IMG/VR virus record: IMGVR_UViG_3300035034_002228
Coordinates: 1 to 64,000 of that record
Length of the DNA stretch: 64,000 bases
Source: a virus
Reading direction: 5' to 3' (one strand)
Each line of letters begins with the position of its first letter. Positions within the stretch are counted from its first letter, which is position 1. The position numbers were made by a program, and so were the translations under genes. Positions 20,040 to 29,410 of this stretch are shown piece by piece. The notes under the pieces are model-generated. The model did not search any database and was not told where the DNA came from. It worked only from the letters and a program-made list of their open reading frames with translations.

Positions 20040-20609
20040 ATGAGCAGTGAGGCAATGTGGCCAACTTTTATCGAAACCCACGATCTTAGTGATGATTGCG
20101 ACTTGGATCAGGCCGTGACTGAATGCTTAATGGTGTCCAATACACTTCAGGACAAAAACAACCTACCCTTAAAAGACTGAGGTACACCCGAACTCCACCG
20201 TATCCACGAAGAGTTAATCATGCCGTTGTTCTACCAACACTTGGAAAGGCGTTACCAATTCAAACCGGAAGGGGTGTCGGTGGCCAATTGGATCTTCGGT
20301 GGGAACGACGGCAGTGGCCTGGAACCCCACATCCATTCGGGTTCGCATTTTACGGCTGTTTTTTACCCAATGGTCGTCGGTGGTAGTATTGTCATGGTGG
20401 ACCCGCGATACAGTGCACAACGTGGATATCCTCGGGATTTCATCGACGGTCATTTTGGGAAGAAGAAGATCAACCCAACCGCCGGTCAATTGGTAATCAT
20501 GCCCAGTTTCCTTGAGCATTACGTCACCGGCTTTAAACAGGGACTGCGTTTGTCATTTGTAAACGACATCATTTTACGCACCGACGACGGTGATGTCCAT
20601 TTCGATTGA
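20040..20609 (+). CDS. 2OG-Fe(II) oxygenase (TIGR02466-like) with in-frame TGA at codon 47 (readthrough, pseudogene or sequencing error)
   Basis: ATG 20040 (GAGGTG RBS) reads MSSEAMWPTFIETHDL..., TGA at 20178-20180, then the same frame continues into the 20220 ORF with PHIH..HFTAVFY, PSFLEHYV and RLS motifs. Confidence 0.75.
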
Positions 20610-20614
20610 CGCTT

Positions 20615-20646
20615 GGCGGACCTTAGGGTCCGTCTTTATAACGTCG
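20615..20646 (+). terminator. Terminator closing the radical-SAM cassette
   Basis: GGCGGACC-TTAG-GGTCCGTC-TTTATAACGTCG. Confidence 0.7.
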
Positions 20647-20839
20647 TTCCAGACGCATTGACGTGTCTTATCTTATGACAAATTTTATTCATTGGAAGGT
20701 AAGCGACGTGAGTGGTATGTCCGTTTCTTTTAATTCTTGATGTCCTGACCTTGGCCCAACCGATTTCATTACGCACATAGTAGTAATACCAAACACCATA
20801 ATTGTCTGTGAACGTTCATTAACCAGGGAGCTTTACCCA

Positions 20840-21727
20840 ATGGCCGCAATCGATCAGGAGATTATTGGCGTCAGTCGTACCGTCTACGGGACGTACCTTC
20901 AGACCATCAAGAATCTCGGACTTCCGTTTACCCTCATTCAAAACACCACGTTGAACGAACGCTTTGACGTCCAGTCGGGTGTTGCACCAGAGTCACATCA
21001 AACCCCAAGCATGCGTTATTTGGCCATCGGTAACCTGGGCCACGCCACCGTCAAAGCCGACGACGGTAGCGATGAAACCGTACCGCTGGTTCACCGCGCA
21101 ACTGACGCCGGTATGTACGGTCAGATCCCGTTTGTGTTGCGTGAGTTGACAAACGATCTGCCGGCGCACGAACGTAGTCGCTACGGTCTACGGGTGTTGG
21201 AATCACACAATGGTCGTCAGTACATCGCTTATTACCTGCGTCGGATCAACATGACTCAGGTTACCCCACAGCTCCAGCGAGTTGAAATCATCGACGGTGT
21301 TTCAACCGTGGTTCCGTTTGTGCCAAGTACAGACAATCTAAACCCAGCCCGTCCAAAGATCCCCAACAGCGGTATGGTGGTGGGTTCTAACTCGTCCGAG
21401 TCCGCATCGGCGGTGGTTACCATCAGCCTTACGCCAAGTGACGTGGCTGAGATCTTGAACGCCCACCGCATCCGAACTGGATCGACTCGTTCACCGGTTA
21501 TCTCTGAATTGGCGCTGGTCTCCGGGGTGGATAAAGAAGTGTCGGGTAGCAGTGGTGGTTCGGGTAACTTCACGTACCGCGAGGTTATTGCCGCGCAGAT
21601 CAATGTACACATCTCCACGTACCACGCTTTGGGGTATTCAACCAACGGTGCTGAATTCACCCTTGACGTGGGTGGCGTTGAACCAACCTTGGGTGAAGAC
21701 GACGTCAATGGTGCCACCATTATCTAA
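20840..21727 (+). CDS. phiKZ-like virion (baseplate) structural protein
   Basis: NTTLNERF, YLAIGNLGH, IPFVLR..NDL, YIAYYLRRI and ISELALVSGVD motifs recalled from conserved phiKZ-family structural proteins upstream of RuvC. Confidence 0.65.
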   Translation: MAAIDQEIIGVSRTVYGTYLQTIKNLGLPFTLIQNTTLNERFDVQSGVAPESHQTPSMRYLAIGNLGHATVKADDGSDETVPLVHRATDAGMYGQIPFVLRELTNDLPAHERSRYGLRVLESHNGRQYIAYYLRRINMTQVTPQLQRVEIIDGVSTVVPFVPSTDNLNPARPKIPNSGMVVGSNSSESASAVVTISLTPSDVAEILNAHRIRTGSTRSPVISELALVSGVDKEVSGSSGGSGNFTYREVIAAQINVHISTYHALGYSTNGAEFTLDVGGVEPTLGEDDVNGATII

Positions 21728-21738
21728 GGAGGCGTTCT

Positions 21739-22302
21739 ATGTTGGTCATGCCACCACAACAAACGCCGTTTCGGGTGCTGGGCATTGATCCCGGCACCAC
21801 CACCTTGGGTGTCGCGGTACTGACGTGGGACTTTCGGTCTCAAAAATACCGGGTTGAAAACGCGTTTACGTTACAGGCCAACGATCGCCTATTGGGATAC
21901 CAATCGATCACCGAAGTTCACGGTGGTCGAATCTCGCGCTTTTACCAACAAGCCGACGAACTCAGTTGCATCTTGGCCAATGTCCGTCCCCATGCGGTCA
22001 TTGCAGAGTCGCCCTACATGGGCCGGTTCGCACAATCGTTCGGGGCGTTAACCGAATGCGTGTTGAACCTCCGGCAAATCGTTTACACCTACGACTGTTT
22101 CATGCCGTTGGAACAGATCGACCCAACCCGTGTTAAGAAGAAGGTAGGGGTTCACAAGGGCAAGATGTCCGATAAAGAGGACGTGCGCCGCGCTTTGCGC
22201 GAACGCTCCGACTTGATTTGGGACGTGGACCTTGAGGCATTGGACGAACACAGTGTGGATGCCGTTGCCATCGCTCTGTATTACTTACTGATCCTACTGT
22301 GA
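21739..22302 (+). CDS. ruvC: RuvC-like Holliday junction resolvase
   Basis: LGIDPGTTTLG, IAESPY and EHSVDAVAIA acidic catalytic motifs. Confidence 0.88.
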   Translation: MLVMPPQQTPFRVLGIDPGTTTLGVAVLTWDFRSQKYRVENAFTLQANDRLLGYQSITEVHGGRISRFYQQADELSCILANVRPHAVIAESPYMGRFAQSFGALTECVLNLRQIVYTYDCFMPLEQIDPTRVKKKVGVHKGKMSDKEDVRRALRERSDLIWDVDLEALDEHSVDAVAIALYYLLILL

Positions 22303-22311
22303 GGAACGGTT

Positions 22312-22902
22312 ATGTTTACAATGATTAAAGGCCTGTTTGGCAAGCTAGGGCTTCGTTGGTTTGAATGGCTGTTCATCGGAGTGCTGGTGGCGGTGTCGAT
22401 CATCGGGTACGTTCTGTATCAAAAACTGGACGCCTTGAAAGAAGACATGGCCAAAGCCGAAGTGGTCATGCAGCTCAACGAACAGAAAGAAAAGCAGTTG
22501 GAAGACACCATGGAGTTAGACCGCGCCATTGGGTACGCCTTCCATAACGAACAGATGGCAGCGGTTCGAGACCAGTACCGGGAACGGGAAACGGTGATCG
22601 ACACGTACTTGGCCACACGCCAATACGTGCCGAAAGAACTGGATCTGTCGTCGCAAGGTAAGAAGAACGTAGCTGACCCACCACCGGAGCTTCAGGAGAA
22701 GCCCTCAGAGCCTCCTGAACGCGATCGTAAGGAGGTTGTCGACTCAGAACCCGTTACCGTAGAGGAGCCCCGTCATGATACTCAAAAGCCTTCGCCTGAC
22801 GATCTTGATGGTCTGCAGCATTTGGTTGACAGCATGCAGCTCGCTTACTGTCGAGCCGACCACGCCGGAGTCGATTGCCCCACCGCCGGCCATTCTGGCT
22901 AA
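22312..22902 (+). CDS. Putative i-spanin (Rz-like)
   Basis: N-terminal transmembrane helix, coiled coil and C-terminal Cys residues. It overlaps a downstream lipoprotein gene. Confidence 0.6.
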   Translation: MFTMIKGLFGKLGLRWFEWLFIGVLVAVSIIGYVLYQKLDALKEDMAKAEVVMQLNEQKEKQLEDTMELDRAIGYAFHNEQMAAVRDQYRERETVIDTYLATRQYVPKELDLSSQGKKNVADPPPELQEKPSEPPERDRKEVVDSEPVTVEEPRHDTQKPSPDDLDGLQHLVDSMQLAYCRADHAGVDCPTAGHSG

Positions 22903-23134
22903 ATGCCACGTTCCCCAACCCCCGACCATGGACGAACTCCGTGATCCGCGACCACGGTACCCGGGTGTGGACGATATATGGGAAGCACGTTTCCTTGTAC
23001 TCACCAAACACCACTTAGAACAGATCGACGCTATCGGGAACTGCAACCGACAGCTTACTGGAGCGCGAGAATGGGTCGATCGTCATACCCAGATGGAGGA
23101 GAAGTATGATGAACGTCGAAGAAGCATTGATTGA
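22775..23134 (+). CDS. Putative o-spanin lipoprotein (Rz1-like)
   Basis: Signal peptide with lipobox LTA-C, Pro-rich segment and CN motif. It overlaps the i-spanin gene by 128 nt in another frame. Confidence 0.7.
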   Translation: MILKSLRLTILMVCSIWLTACSSLTVEPTTPESIAPPPAILAKCHVPQPPTMDELRDPRPRYPGVDDIWEARFLVLTKHHLEQIDAIGNCNRQLTGAREWVDRHTQMEEKYDERRRSID

Positions 23135-23441
23135 CCTTGGGGACAAGCCATTGTACAAGAGCACTTACTCAAAAGTGCTTAAAGCAATGTTGAACGCTTT
23201 GATCCCGACGGATACGACGATTACAATGAACCACACCGGTCAAGAACTACTGACTGAAGTTTACCAAATCAGCGACCCTGAGTTGCAAGAAAAGATCTTG
23301 GAGAAGTCGGTAGGGTCAGTTCGAAACAGTGACACGTACCGTTCATCCATCCTGACGTTGTCGGGAATGATCGGCCTGGGTGTGATTGTTTTGACCTTGA
23401 TGGAATTGACCGGCAACAGCATTTTTGCCTTTTTCAAATGA
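23106..23441 (+). CDS. Small membrane protein (holin/antiholin candidate)
   Basis: GGAGG RBS and a single C-terminal hydrophobic helix, in a lysis-gene context. Confidence 0.45.
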   Translation: MMNVEEALIDLGDKPLYKSTYSKVLKAMLNALIPTDTTITMNHTGQELLTEVYQISDPELQEKILEKSVGSVRNSDTYRSSILTLSGMIGLGVIVLTLMELTGNSIFAFFK

Positions 23442-23460
23442 TACAATCGATTAACCACGT

Positions 23461-23495
23461 CCGCTAACCACAATGGTTGGCGGGCTTTATGCCGT
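23461..23495 (+). terminator. Hairpin terminator
   Basis: CCGCTAACCA-CAA-TGGTTGGCGG-GC-TTTATGCCGT. Confidence 0.75.
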
Positions 23496-23567
23496 TACTC
23501 CCTGAAAAATTATTATGCTATGGGTTGTCACCTCAGTATTTTACCCATTGACACCGAGGATACTACA

Positions 23568-24101
23568 ATGGCTGATATCGTATTCCCGTACAACCTGCCT
23601 TCACGGCTTGCGTTGATTCGGCTGATCCAAGAAACGCACCCGCGTTTCAACCTGAAAGATGAATACACCCAGTTTGACGAACCGTACTTTGCCCCGACGG
23701 AGTCTATCCCCGGCCGTACGTTCATCGAAGTGGAACAAACCGACCTGAATGTCAAACGACAGTATGTTTACCGTCGGTTGGACTTGGACATCACGTTCAA
23801 GGGTGGCATTACCATCCGACTGGAAGCCCCGGTCACACCCCGAAAGATTGTTGAGGAAATCAACCGCACCCGTGGGATGAAACTGGGCGCGGACGATGTG
23901 GAAATCAGTGATCGCGAAATCGGTAACCCAGGTATGCCGGTTAACTACATGTTGCAGGCCAAACCCAAGAGTCTGGTGTGGTTTGGGTCCGTACCCGTGT
24001 ATGTGGAACCCATGGACCGTCCGCAAGACATCCGCATTTTGGAAGACGGTTCTTCCCGACTTGTTGAGTCTGGCGGCTACCGTATGCTGGAAGTGGTCTG
24101 A
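23568..24101 (+). CDS. Virion structural protein, YxRLDL paralogue family
   Basis: ATG 23568 (GAGGA RBS). LIRLIQE...YRRLDL...SLVWFG, with C-terminal ILEDGSSRLVESGGYRMLE. Confidence 0.65.
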   Translation: MADIVFPYNLPSRLALIRLIQETHPRFNLKDEYTQFDEPYFAPTESIPGRTFIEVEQTDLNVKRQYVYRRLDLDITFKGGITIRLEAPVTPRKIVEEINRTRGMKLGADDVEISDREIGNPGMPVNYMLQAKPKSLVWFGSVPVYVEPMDRPQDIRILEDGSSRLVESGGYRMLEVV

Positions 24102-24120
24102 CACCGTCGAGGTAATGTAA

Positions 24121-24501
24121 ATGAACATTCATCCCTTGGATAATTACCCCGTCCAAATCATCCTTCCCACGCGTTGGCACCTGCAGTCTCGTTACCGATT
24201 AATGGAAGACGTGACCGTTGGTCAGGTGGTCGTGCCTAAAGGCTTCGTCACCGACGGCGCGACCGTGCCCTTGTTCCTCCGGTGGGCGTTCCCACCGGTG
24301 GGTCGGTACTTCCCGGCCGCTATGGCCCACGACTACCTGTTGGTTAAAGGGGTTAAATGGTCCACTGCCAACCGGGTGTTCCGTCGAACGTTGCGTCAGT
24401 GTCGAGTACCGACTTGGCGGTATTGGTTGATGGCATCGACCACAAGCCTGTACGGAACCTTCAAAGAACTCGGGAAGCGACTGAAAGACCTTTGTTGGTA
24501 A
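24121..24501 (+). CDS. DUF1353-family protein
   Basis: VPKGFVTDGATVP...AAMAHDYL signature. Confidence 0.8.
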   Translation: MNIHPLDNYPVQIILPTRWHLQSRYRLMEDVTVGQVVVPKGFVTDGATVPLFLRWAFPPVGRYFPAAMAHDYLLVKGVKWSTANRVFRRTLRQCRVPTWRYWLMASTTSLYGTFKELGKRLKDLCW

Positions 24502-24549
24502 AGGTAAACCAACGTCATTCACACGCAGTAACAAGGAGTTTGGTTTTCA

Positions 24550-25401
24550 ATGACCATCTACAAAGATTTGATCGACCAGGATTTTGATCCCGAGTACGAT
24601 AAGGTTCTCCAACGTGGGGACCACGGTCCTGAGGTTGCCGCTCTTCAAAATCAATTGAAATCCCTCGGCGCCGCTATTATAGCCGATGGAAAATTTGGCA
24701 GAAATACCCGTTACGCCGTATTGGCCTTTCAACGTCAGCACGACTTGGTGGTCGATGGCATCGTCGGTCCTAAAACGTACGCGGTCATGGACGGCGTTCC
24801 CACGGTAACGCGTCGCAATCTTCGCCAAGTTGATCTGGAGGAAGCTGCGGATGAACTGGACGTTCCTTTGCCGGCCGTCATGGCGGTCAACGCTGTCGAA
24901 TCGCGCGGCAGTGGTTTCTTTGCAAATGGCCAACCGGCCATTTTGTTCGAACGCCACATCATGTATCGCCGCCTGGGCGAACACGGCATTGACGCTCGGG
25001 TCTATCGCAAAGAAATGCCGTCATTGGTAAACACCGTCACTGGTGGGTATCAAGGTGGGATTTCCGAACACGCCCGCCTGGGTCGTGCTAAGCTGATCCA
25101 CACGGAAGCGGCCCTAGAGTCTGCATCGTGGGGTGCGTTTCAGATTATGGGTTATCACTGGCAACGTCTTGGGTACGACAGTGTCCATGAGTTCGTGGCT
25201 GGTATGTACGACCATGAGAAGTACCACCTTACCGCCTTCGTTCAGTTCGTAAAAGCCGACGATACCCTGTGGACCGCGTTGCGTGAACAGGACTGGGCAA
25301 CTTTCGCACGACGGTACAACGGACCGGCGTACCGTAAGAATCAGTACGACGTGAAAATGGCGAACGCCTTCAAACGTTTCACTGAAGACACCATTGCTTA
25401 A
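24550..25401 (+). CDS. Modular endolysin: peptidoglycan-binding domain plus N-acetylmuramidase (DUF3380-type)
   Basis: [29 protein letters not shown], then [24 protein letters not shown] and FARRYNGP. Confidence 0.92.
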   Translation: MTIYKDLIDQDFDPEYDKVLQRGDHGPEVAALQNQLKSLGAAIIADGKFGRNTRYAVLAFQRQHDLVVDGIVGPKTYAVMDGVPTVTRRNLRQVDLEEAADELDVPLPAVMAVNAVESRGSGFFANGQPAILFERHIMYRRLGEHGIDARVYRKEMPSLVNTVTGGYQGGISEHARLGRAKLIHTEAALESASWGAFQIMGYHWQRLGYDSVHEFVAGMYDHEKYHLTAFVQFVKADDTLWTALREQDWATFARRYNGPAYRKNQYDVKMANAFKRFTEDTIA

Positions 25402-25418
25402 CACGTAGGAAGTTCATC

Positions 25419-27476
25419 ATGACTACACCGCAAAAGATTTCTGATCTGCAAATCGCCGGTCAGGTTAAGAACGACGATTACGTTGAAGTAATCCAACGCA
25501 ATGCCGAGGGCGACTACGTCAACATGCGTTTGGCGATCAATAACCTCAAAGGCAAAGACGGCAAGTCGGCGTTTCAATTGGCCAAGGACGACGGGTTTAC
25601 CGGCACCTTTAACGAATGGCTTCTGTCCCTGCGTGGCCCGGAAGGCAAAAACCCGTTTGACATGGCTCAAGCCGGTGGGTTCACCGGTACTCAAGAAGAG
25701 TGGTTGGCGTCTTTGGTAGGGCCTCAGGGCGCTCCGGGTCCCCAAGGTGAAGCAGGTCCGCAAGGCCCGGAAGGTTCTGTGGGACCGACCGGCCCTGCCG
25801 GTCCGAAAGGCGAAGCCGGTGATGCGGGTCCCGTCGGTCCCAAAGGCGAGGTTGGTGACGCTGGCCCAGCGGGCCCGAAAGGCGACGTAGGTCCTGCGGG
25901 ACCGGAAGGCCCTCAGGGTGAAACGGGTCCGGCTGGTCCCATCGGACCTGAAGGCCCAGAAGGCCCCCAGGGCACTCAAGGTCTCAAAGGGGACCAAGGG
26001 GAACCTGGCCCGACGGGTCCGACGGGTCCAGTTGGCCCCAAAGGGGATCGTGGTCTGGAAGGTCCAGCAGGTCCGGAAGGTCCGCAAGGCGAACAGGGCG
26101 AAATGGGTCCAGGCATTAGCATTGTCGGGACACTGACGGCTGAATCCGAACTACCCGACACCGGCACGCTGGGTGAAGGTTATTTGGTCAACGGCGAGTT
26201 CTGGGGTTGGACCGGCACTCAGTACGAAAACCTAGGACCCATTCGTGGTCCTAAGGGTGAACAGGGTGTTCAAGGACCCGCTGGACCGGAAGGGCCCGAA
26301 GGCCCGCAAGGCGACATGGGACCCGAAGGTCCGGCTGGCGCTACCGGTCCCAAGGGTGATAAGGGTGACGCTGGCACAGTCGGGCCGAAAGGCGACGTAG
26401 GCCCTGCCGGCCCTGAGGGTCCCCAGGGTGAACAGGGTGTTCAAGGTGAGAAAGGTGACAGTGGTGACCCCATTCAAATCCTGGGTACCGTCGCCGATCA
26501 ATCTCAGCTTCCCTCCACCGGTGTTTCTGCCGGCCAGGGTTACGTCATTGGCACCAATCTGTGGGTGTGGGACGGTGCGGCGTGGTTTAACGCCGGCAGC
26601 TTGAAAGGTCCTCAAGGTGAACAAGGTCCGATGGGCCCTGCCGGTGTCAAGGGTGACGACGGTGCTCCAGGTCCTCAGGGTCCTGAAGGTGCTCAGGGTC
26701 CCCAAGGTAACACCGGCCCTGCCGGTCCGACTGGTCCTAAAGGTGATACTGGCGACGCCGGTCCCGCCGGCCCTGAAGGCCCTGCCGGATCACAAGGCCC
26801 TGCTGGCTTTGATGGCGCCGATGGTCAGTCCGCGTATCAGATTGCCGTGGACAATGGTTTCACAGGCACTGAGGCCGAATGGTTGACCTCACTGGAAGGC
26901 GAAGACGGTGTCGGGTCGGCACTGTCCATCGCGAATAACGGCACGGCTGTTACCGCCGAGGCGAAATCCATCAACTTCAAGGGCGCCACGGTTTCTGAAA
27001 CCAACGGTGACGTTACGGTTGAAGTGTCGGCCAGTAGCGGTGGGTCAACAGGCGGTGTAAGCCTCGTACGCAAACGCGCGGTGTTGATGCGCGGGTCCCT
27101 GGAGGCGATTGTCATTGTGGTTGGGTTTGGTTCTCAGACCGACATGGACGCCCTGACCATTGAAAAACTGAACAGCGGCAGTGTGGTACGTCTGGACAAC
27201 AAAGCCGCTGCGCTCCACTTACATTCTGTGACCATATTTTATGATGCAGGATGGAACACCGGTAGCTCGTTCAATCTTCAATTCCCGGACAACTGGGGTG
27301 ATGATTTCATGGGCGACATGGTGATCCCCACGTTCCAGCAGTTCTCTCGGTTGAATCCGCCGACACTGCAACCGACGACTTACCAGAACTACGAAGTCGT
27401 TGATGGTTACGTGAATGTTGGTAAAGCCAACGTTAACTCCAGCTACGGATATCACTGGAAGTACAACTTGTCGTAA
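25419..27476 (+). CDS. Collagen-like fibre protein 1
   Basis: Long Gly-X-Y runs interrupted by small W-rich domains and SA(F/Y)QxA..GFTGT..EWL repeats. Confidence 0.85.
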   Translation: MTTPQKISDLQIAGQVKNDDYVEVIQRNAEGDYVNMRLAINNLKGKDGKSAFQLAKDDGFTGTFNEWLLSLRGPEGKNPFDMAQAGGFTGTQEEWLASLVGPQGAPGPQGEAGPQGPEGSVGPTGPAGPKGEAGDAGPVGPKGEVGDAGPAGPKGDVGPAGPEGPQGETGPAGPIGPEGPEGPQGTQGLKGDQGEPGPTGPTGPVGPKGDRGLEGPAGPEGPQGEQGEMGPGISIVGTLTAESELPDTGTLGEGYLVNGEFWGWTGTQYENLGPIRGPKGEQGVQGPAGPEGPEGPQGDMGPEGPAGATGPKGDKGDAGTVGPKGDVGPAGPEGPQGEQGVQGEKGDSGDPIQILGTVADQSQLPSTGVSAGQGYVIGTNLWVWDGAAWFNAGSLKGPQGEQGPMGPAGVKGDDGAPGPQGPEGAQGPQGNTGPAGPTGPKGDTGDAGPAGPEGPAGSQGPAGFDGADGQSAYQIAVDNGFTGTEAEWLTSLEGEDGVGSALSIANNGTAVTAEAKSINFKGATVSETNGDVTVEVSASSGGSTGGVSLVRKRAVLMRGSLEAIVIVVGFGSQTDMDALTIEKLNSGSVVRLDNKAAALHLHSVTIFYDAGWNTGSSFNLQFPDNWGDDFMGDMVIPTFQQFSRLNPPTLQPTTYQNYEVVDGYVNVGKANVNSSYGYHWKYNLS

Positions 27477-27540
27477 ACACCAGCGTCATTGGGGTAGTGA
27501 TCTTCAATGAATGCTACCTCAATGAAAAAAGGATTGTCAA

Positions 27541-28254
27541 ATGTCAAAACTACATTTTCAGGCCACCATTGACCTGAAGAGTGCAATCCCGGATGGTGAG
27601 GCGTGGGTAGTCCAAATTGGCTTTCGGGACGGCGAAGGGTACTTCCGTCCCAGTCAACTCCAGGCGAGCGATGTCATTGTACTGAACACGGGGGCACTTG
27701 AGCCCGGAACGTACACCCAGTACAAGATCAACGAAGTGATCAATGTCAGCTGGACCGGTGAGATCGAGTTATCGATTCAATACCTAGACGGCAACAACAA
27801 CGACATTGCTAACCCACAACTGGATTACCTGGTTGGCGCGGTAGGTATCGTATCACGTCCCAGCGAACACTTGGGGCTTTTACCAGTCGTGTCGCCCGAT
27901 GTTCAGGACATGAGCGACGCGTTCAGTATTTACACGTTGAACCACAACATCGTGAAACTGCTGGACGCACCTCGGTCTGACGGTGGGGGTGGTGGTGTTG
28001 TCCTTAAAACAGCCCAATGGTTGCCCGTTATGGCTGACGGTCGAGCCCCACTCCCAACCGAGCCTCTGGGGGACTTCGTACTGGACATGGGCATGGCGCA
28101 TCTGTTGGATGGGTCGGTGGTTGAGTTGTCTGGAGTAAAACCCCAGTTCAATGCCGAAACATCCACATGGTATGCAGTGATCCCCGCAGCAGACATTGCT
28201 GAACTCCAAGGAATGGTGGGTGCTATCACTGTGTCTTACCTAACCGGTTCTTAA
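27541..28254 (+). CDS. Hypothetical protein of the fibre cluster
   Basis: 237-aa ORF with AGGA RBS. Confidence 0.65.
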   Translation: MSKLHFQATIDLKSAIPDGEAWVVQIGFRDGEGYFRPSQLQASDVIVLNTGALEPGTYTQYKINEVINVSWTGEIELSIQYLDGNNNDIANPQLDYLVGAVGIVSRPSEHLGLLPVVSPDVQDMSDAFSIYTLNHNIVKLLDAPRSDGGGGGVVLKTAQWLPVMADGRAPLPTEPLGDFVLDMGMAHLLDGSVVELSGVKPQFNAETSTWYAVIPAADIAELQGMVGAITVSYLTGS

Positions 28255-28286
28255 AACACAATCTTTGATATTTCAGGAGCAATAGC

Positions 28287-29282
28287 ATGGCTATTATCAA
28301 GCGTAATAAATCCACGATTTACGGCCTCGTGAACGACCTCGGTCAAATCAACCAGTCCATCCTGGACGAAGCCGAAGCCCGTAGTAACGCCGACGGTGAT
28401 CTGGCGGCACTGACCACCACTGAAAAGACTAACCTCGTTGCGGCTATCAATGAAGTCAAGGGTGCAGCGGATCAGGTCTCCAGTGACGCACTGACCAAAG
28501 CCGACAACCTCGCCAGCGTAGCTGACGCAGCGGCGGCCCGTACCAACCTGGACGTGATGTCCGGTGGTGAAATCGATCAGGCGATCTCTGACGCGCAGCT
28601 GAACTTCGGTAAGAGTTACAACGTTGCCGACATCGCGTCCCGTGATGCCCTGACCGGTCTGACCAACGTTGACCGTGTCCTGGTTACCGACGACGGCGAT
28701 AGCAAATGGGCCCTGTACCAGCCGGAAGCGATCGATGGCGATACCGGTGCAGTTACCAGCTGGGTCAAGCTGTCGGATCAAGACACCCTGGAAAACGCCA
28801 TCAGTGCGTCCACCATCAAGCAGTCTTACGAGTCCAACGCTGACACCAACGCGTTCACCGACGCTGAGCAGACCAAAGTTGGTCACGTCACCGTCACCCA
28901 GGCGATTGACCTGGACGACGCGGTCCTCAAGGCCAACCTGGCACAAGACCTCGCGTCGTCCAGCGCCACCGACGCGGCACCTTCGGTCCAGTCCGTTAAG
29001 AACTACGCGGACACCGCAGCCCGTGCTGGCGGTGCCATTCCGTTCATGGAAACCGTTGTAATCTCCGGCGATGACATCACACTGACCCATCAACCACGTG
29101 GTGGTGTTAATGGCATCATGAACTTCGCCACCGTGCGTTACACCCATACTAGCGGTGTGGCATGGGATGCACCGGTTGTTGCCACAGCTGACCCGAAAGT
29201 GTTCACGGTTAACGCCGACCGCGCTGGTCAGTGGGACACTGAGAGCGTTCGTGTTCAGTACCTGTACAGCCCGCAGGCTTAA
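28287..29282 (+). CDS. Fibre/whisker-like structural protein
   Basis: LTTTEKTNLVAAINEV and KADNLASVADAAAARTNL fibre motifs. The N- and C-termini are paralogous to 37289..37873. Confidence 0.65.
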   Translation: MAIIKRNKSTIYGLVNDLGQINQSILDEAEARSNADGDLAALTTTEKTNLVAAINEVKGAADQVSSDALTKADNLASVADAAAARTNLDVMSGGEIDQAISDAQLNFGKSYNVADIASRDALTGLTNVDRVLVTDDGDSKWALYQPEAIDGDTGAVTSWVKLSDQDTLENAISASTIKQSYESNADTNAFTDAEQTKVGHVTVTQAIDLDDAVLKANLAQDLASSSATDAAPSVQSVKNYADTAARAGGAIPFMETVVISGDDITLTHQPRGGVNGIMNFATVRYTHTSGVAWDAPVVATADPKVFTVNADRAGQWDTESVRVQYLYSPQA

Positions 29283-29329
29283 TGGGTACTAGCGGTATCG
29301 AGGGTACCGCTAAACTGTAGTTAAAATCT

Positions 29330-29389
29330 CCTGAAGCTAACGTGGGAAAGGCATCTAAATGGCCTCCTGCGTTAGCTTCAGGTTTATGT
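29330..29389 (+). terminator. Long hairpin (13-bp perfect outer stem) followed by TTTATGT
   Basis: CCTGAAGCTAACG (29330-29342) pairs with CGTTAGCTTCAGG (29370-29382). Confidence 0.65.
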
Positions 29390-29410
29390 GTTCATTAGTG
29401 GAGAGATACC

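Noticed and set aside
20178-20180. Genome-wide TGA reassignment (alternative genetic code)
   Set aside because: TGA terminates many intact genes here (for example at 11285, 11829, 14954, 15656 and 16653), often overlapping the next start, and coding density under the standard code is already high.
10149-20609. Cassette as a known cofactor or base-modification pathway (QueE/7-deazaguanine, MoaA, NrdG, PqqE, viperin)
   Set aside because: No partner genes (QueC/QueD/FolE/DpdA, MoaC, NrdD, PqqB-D) are present and all five enzymes have Cys-rich C-terminal extensions. It is disfavoured, but not excluded without DNA chemistry.
20708-20740. Ten-codon mini-ORF (GTG AGT GGT ATG...TGA) after GGAAGG in the spacer behind the cassette
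   Set aside because: It is too short and featureless to support as a peptide or precursor, and is compatible with chance.
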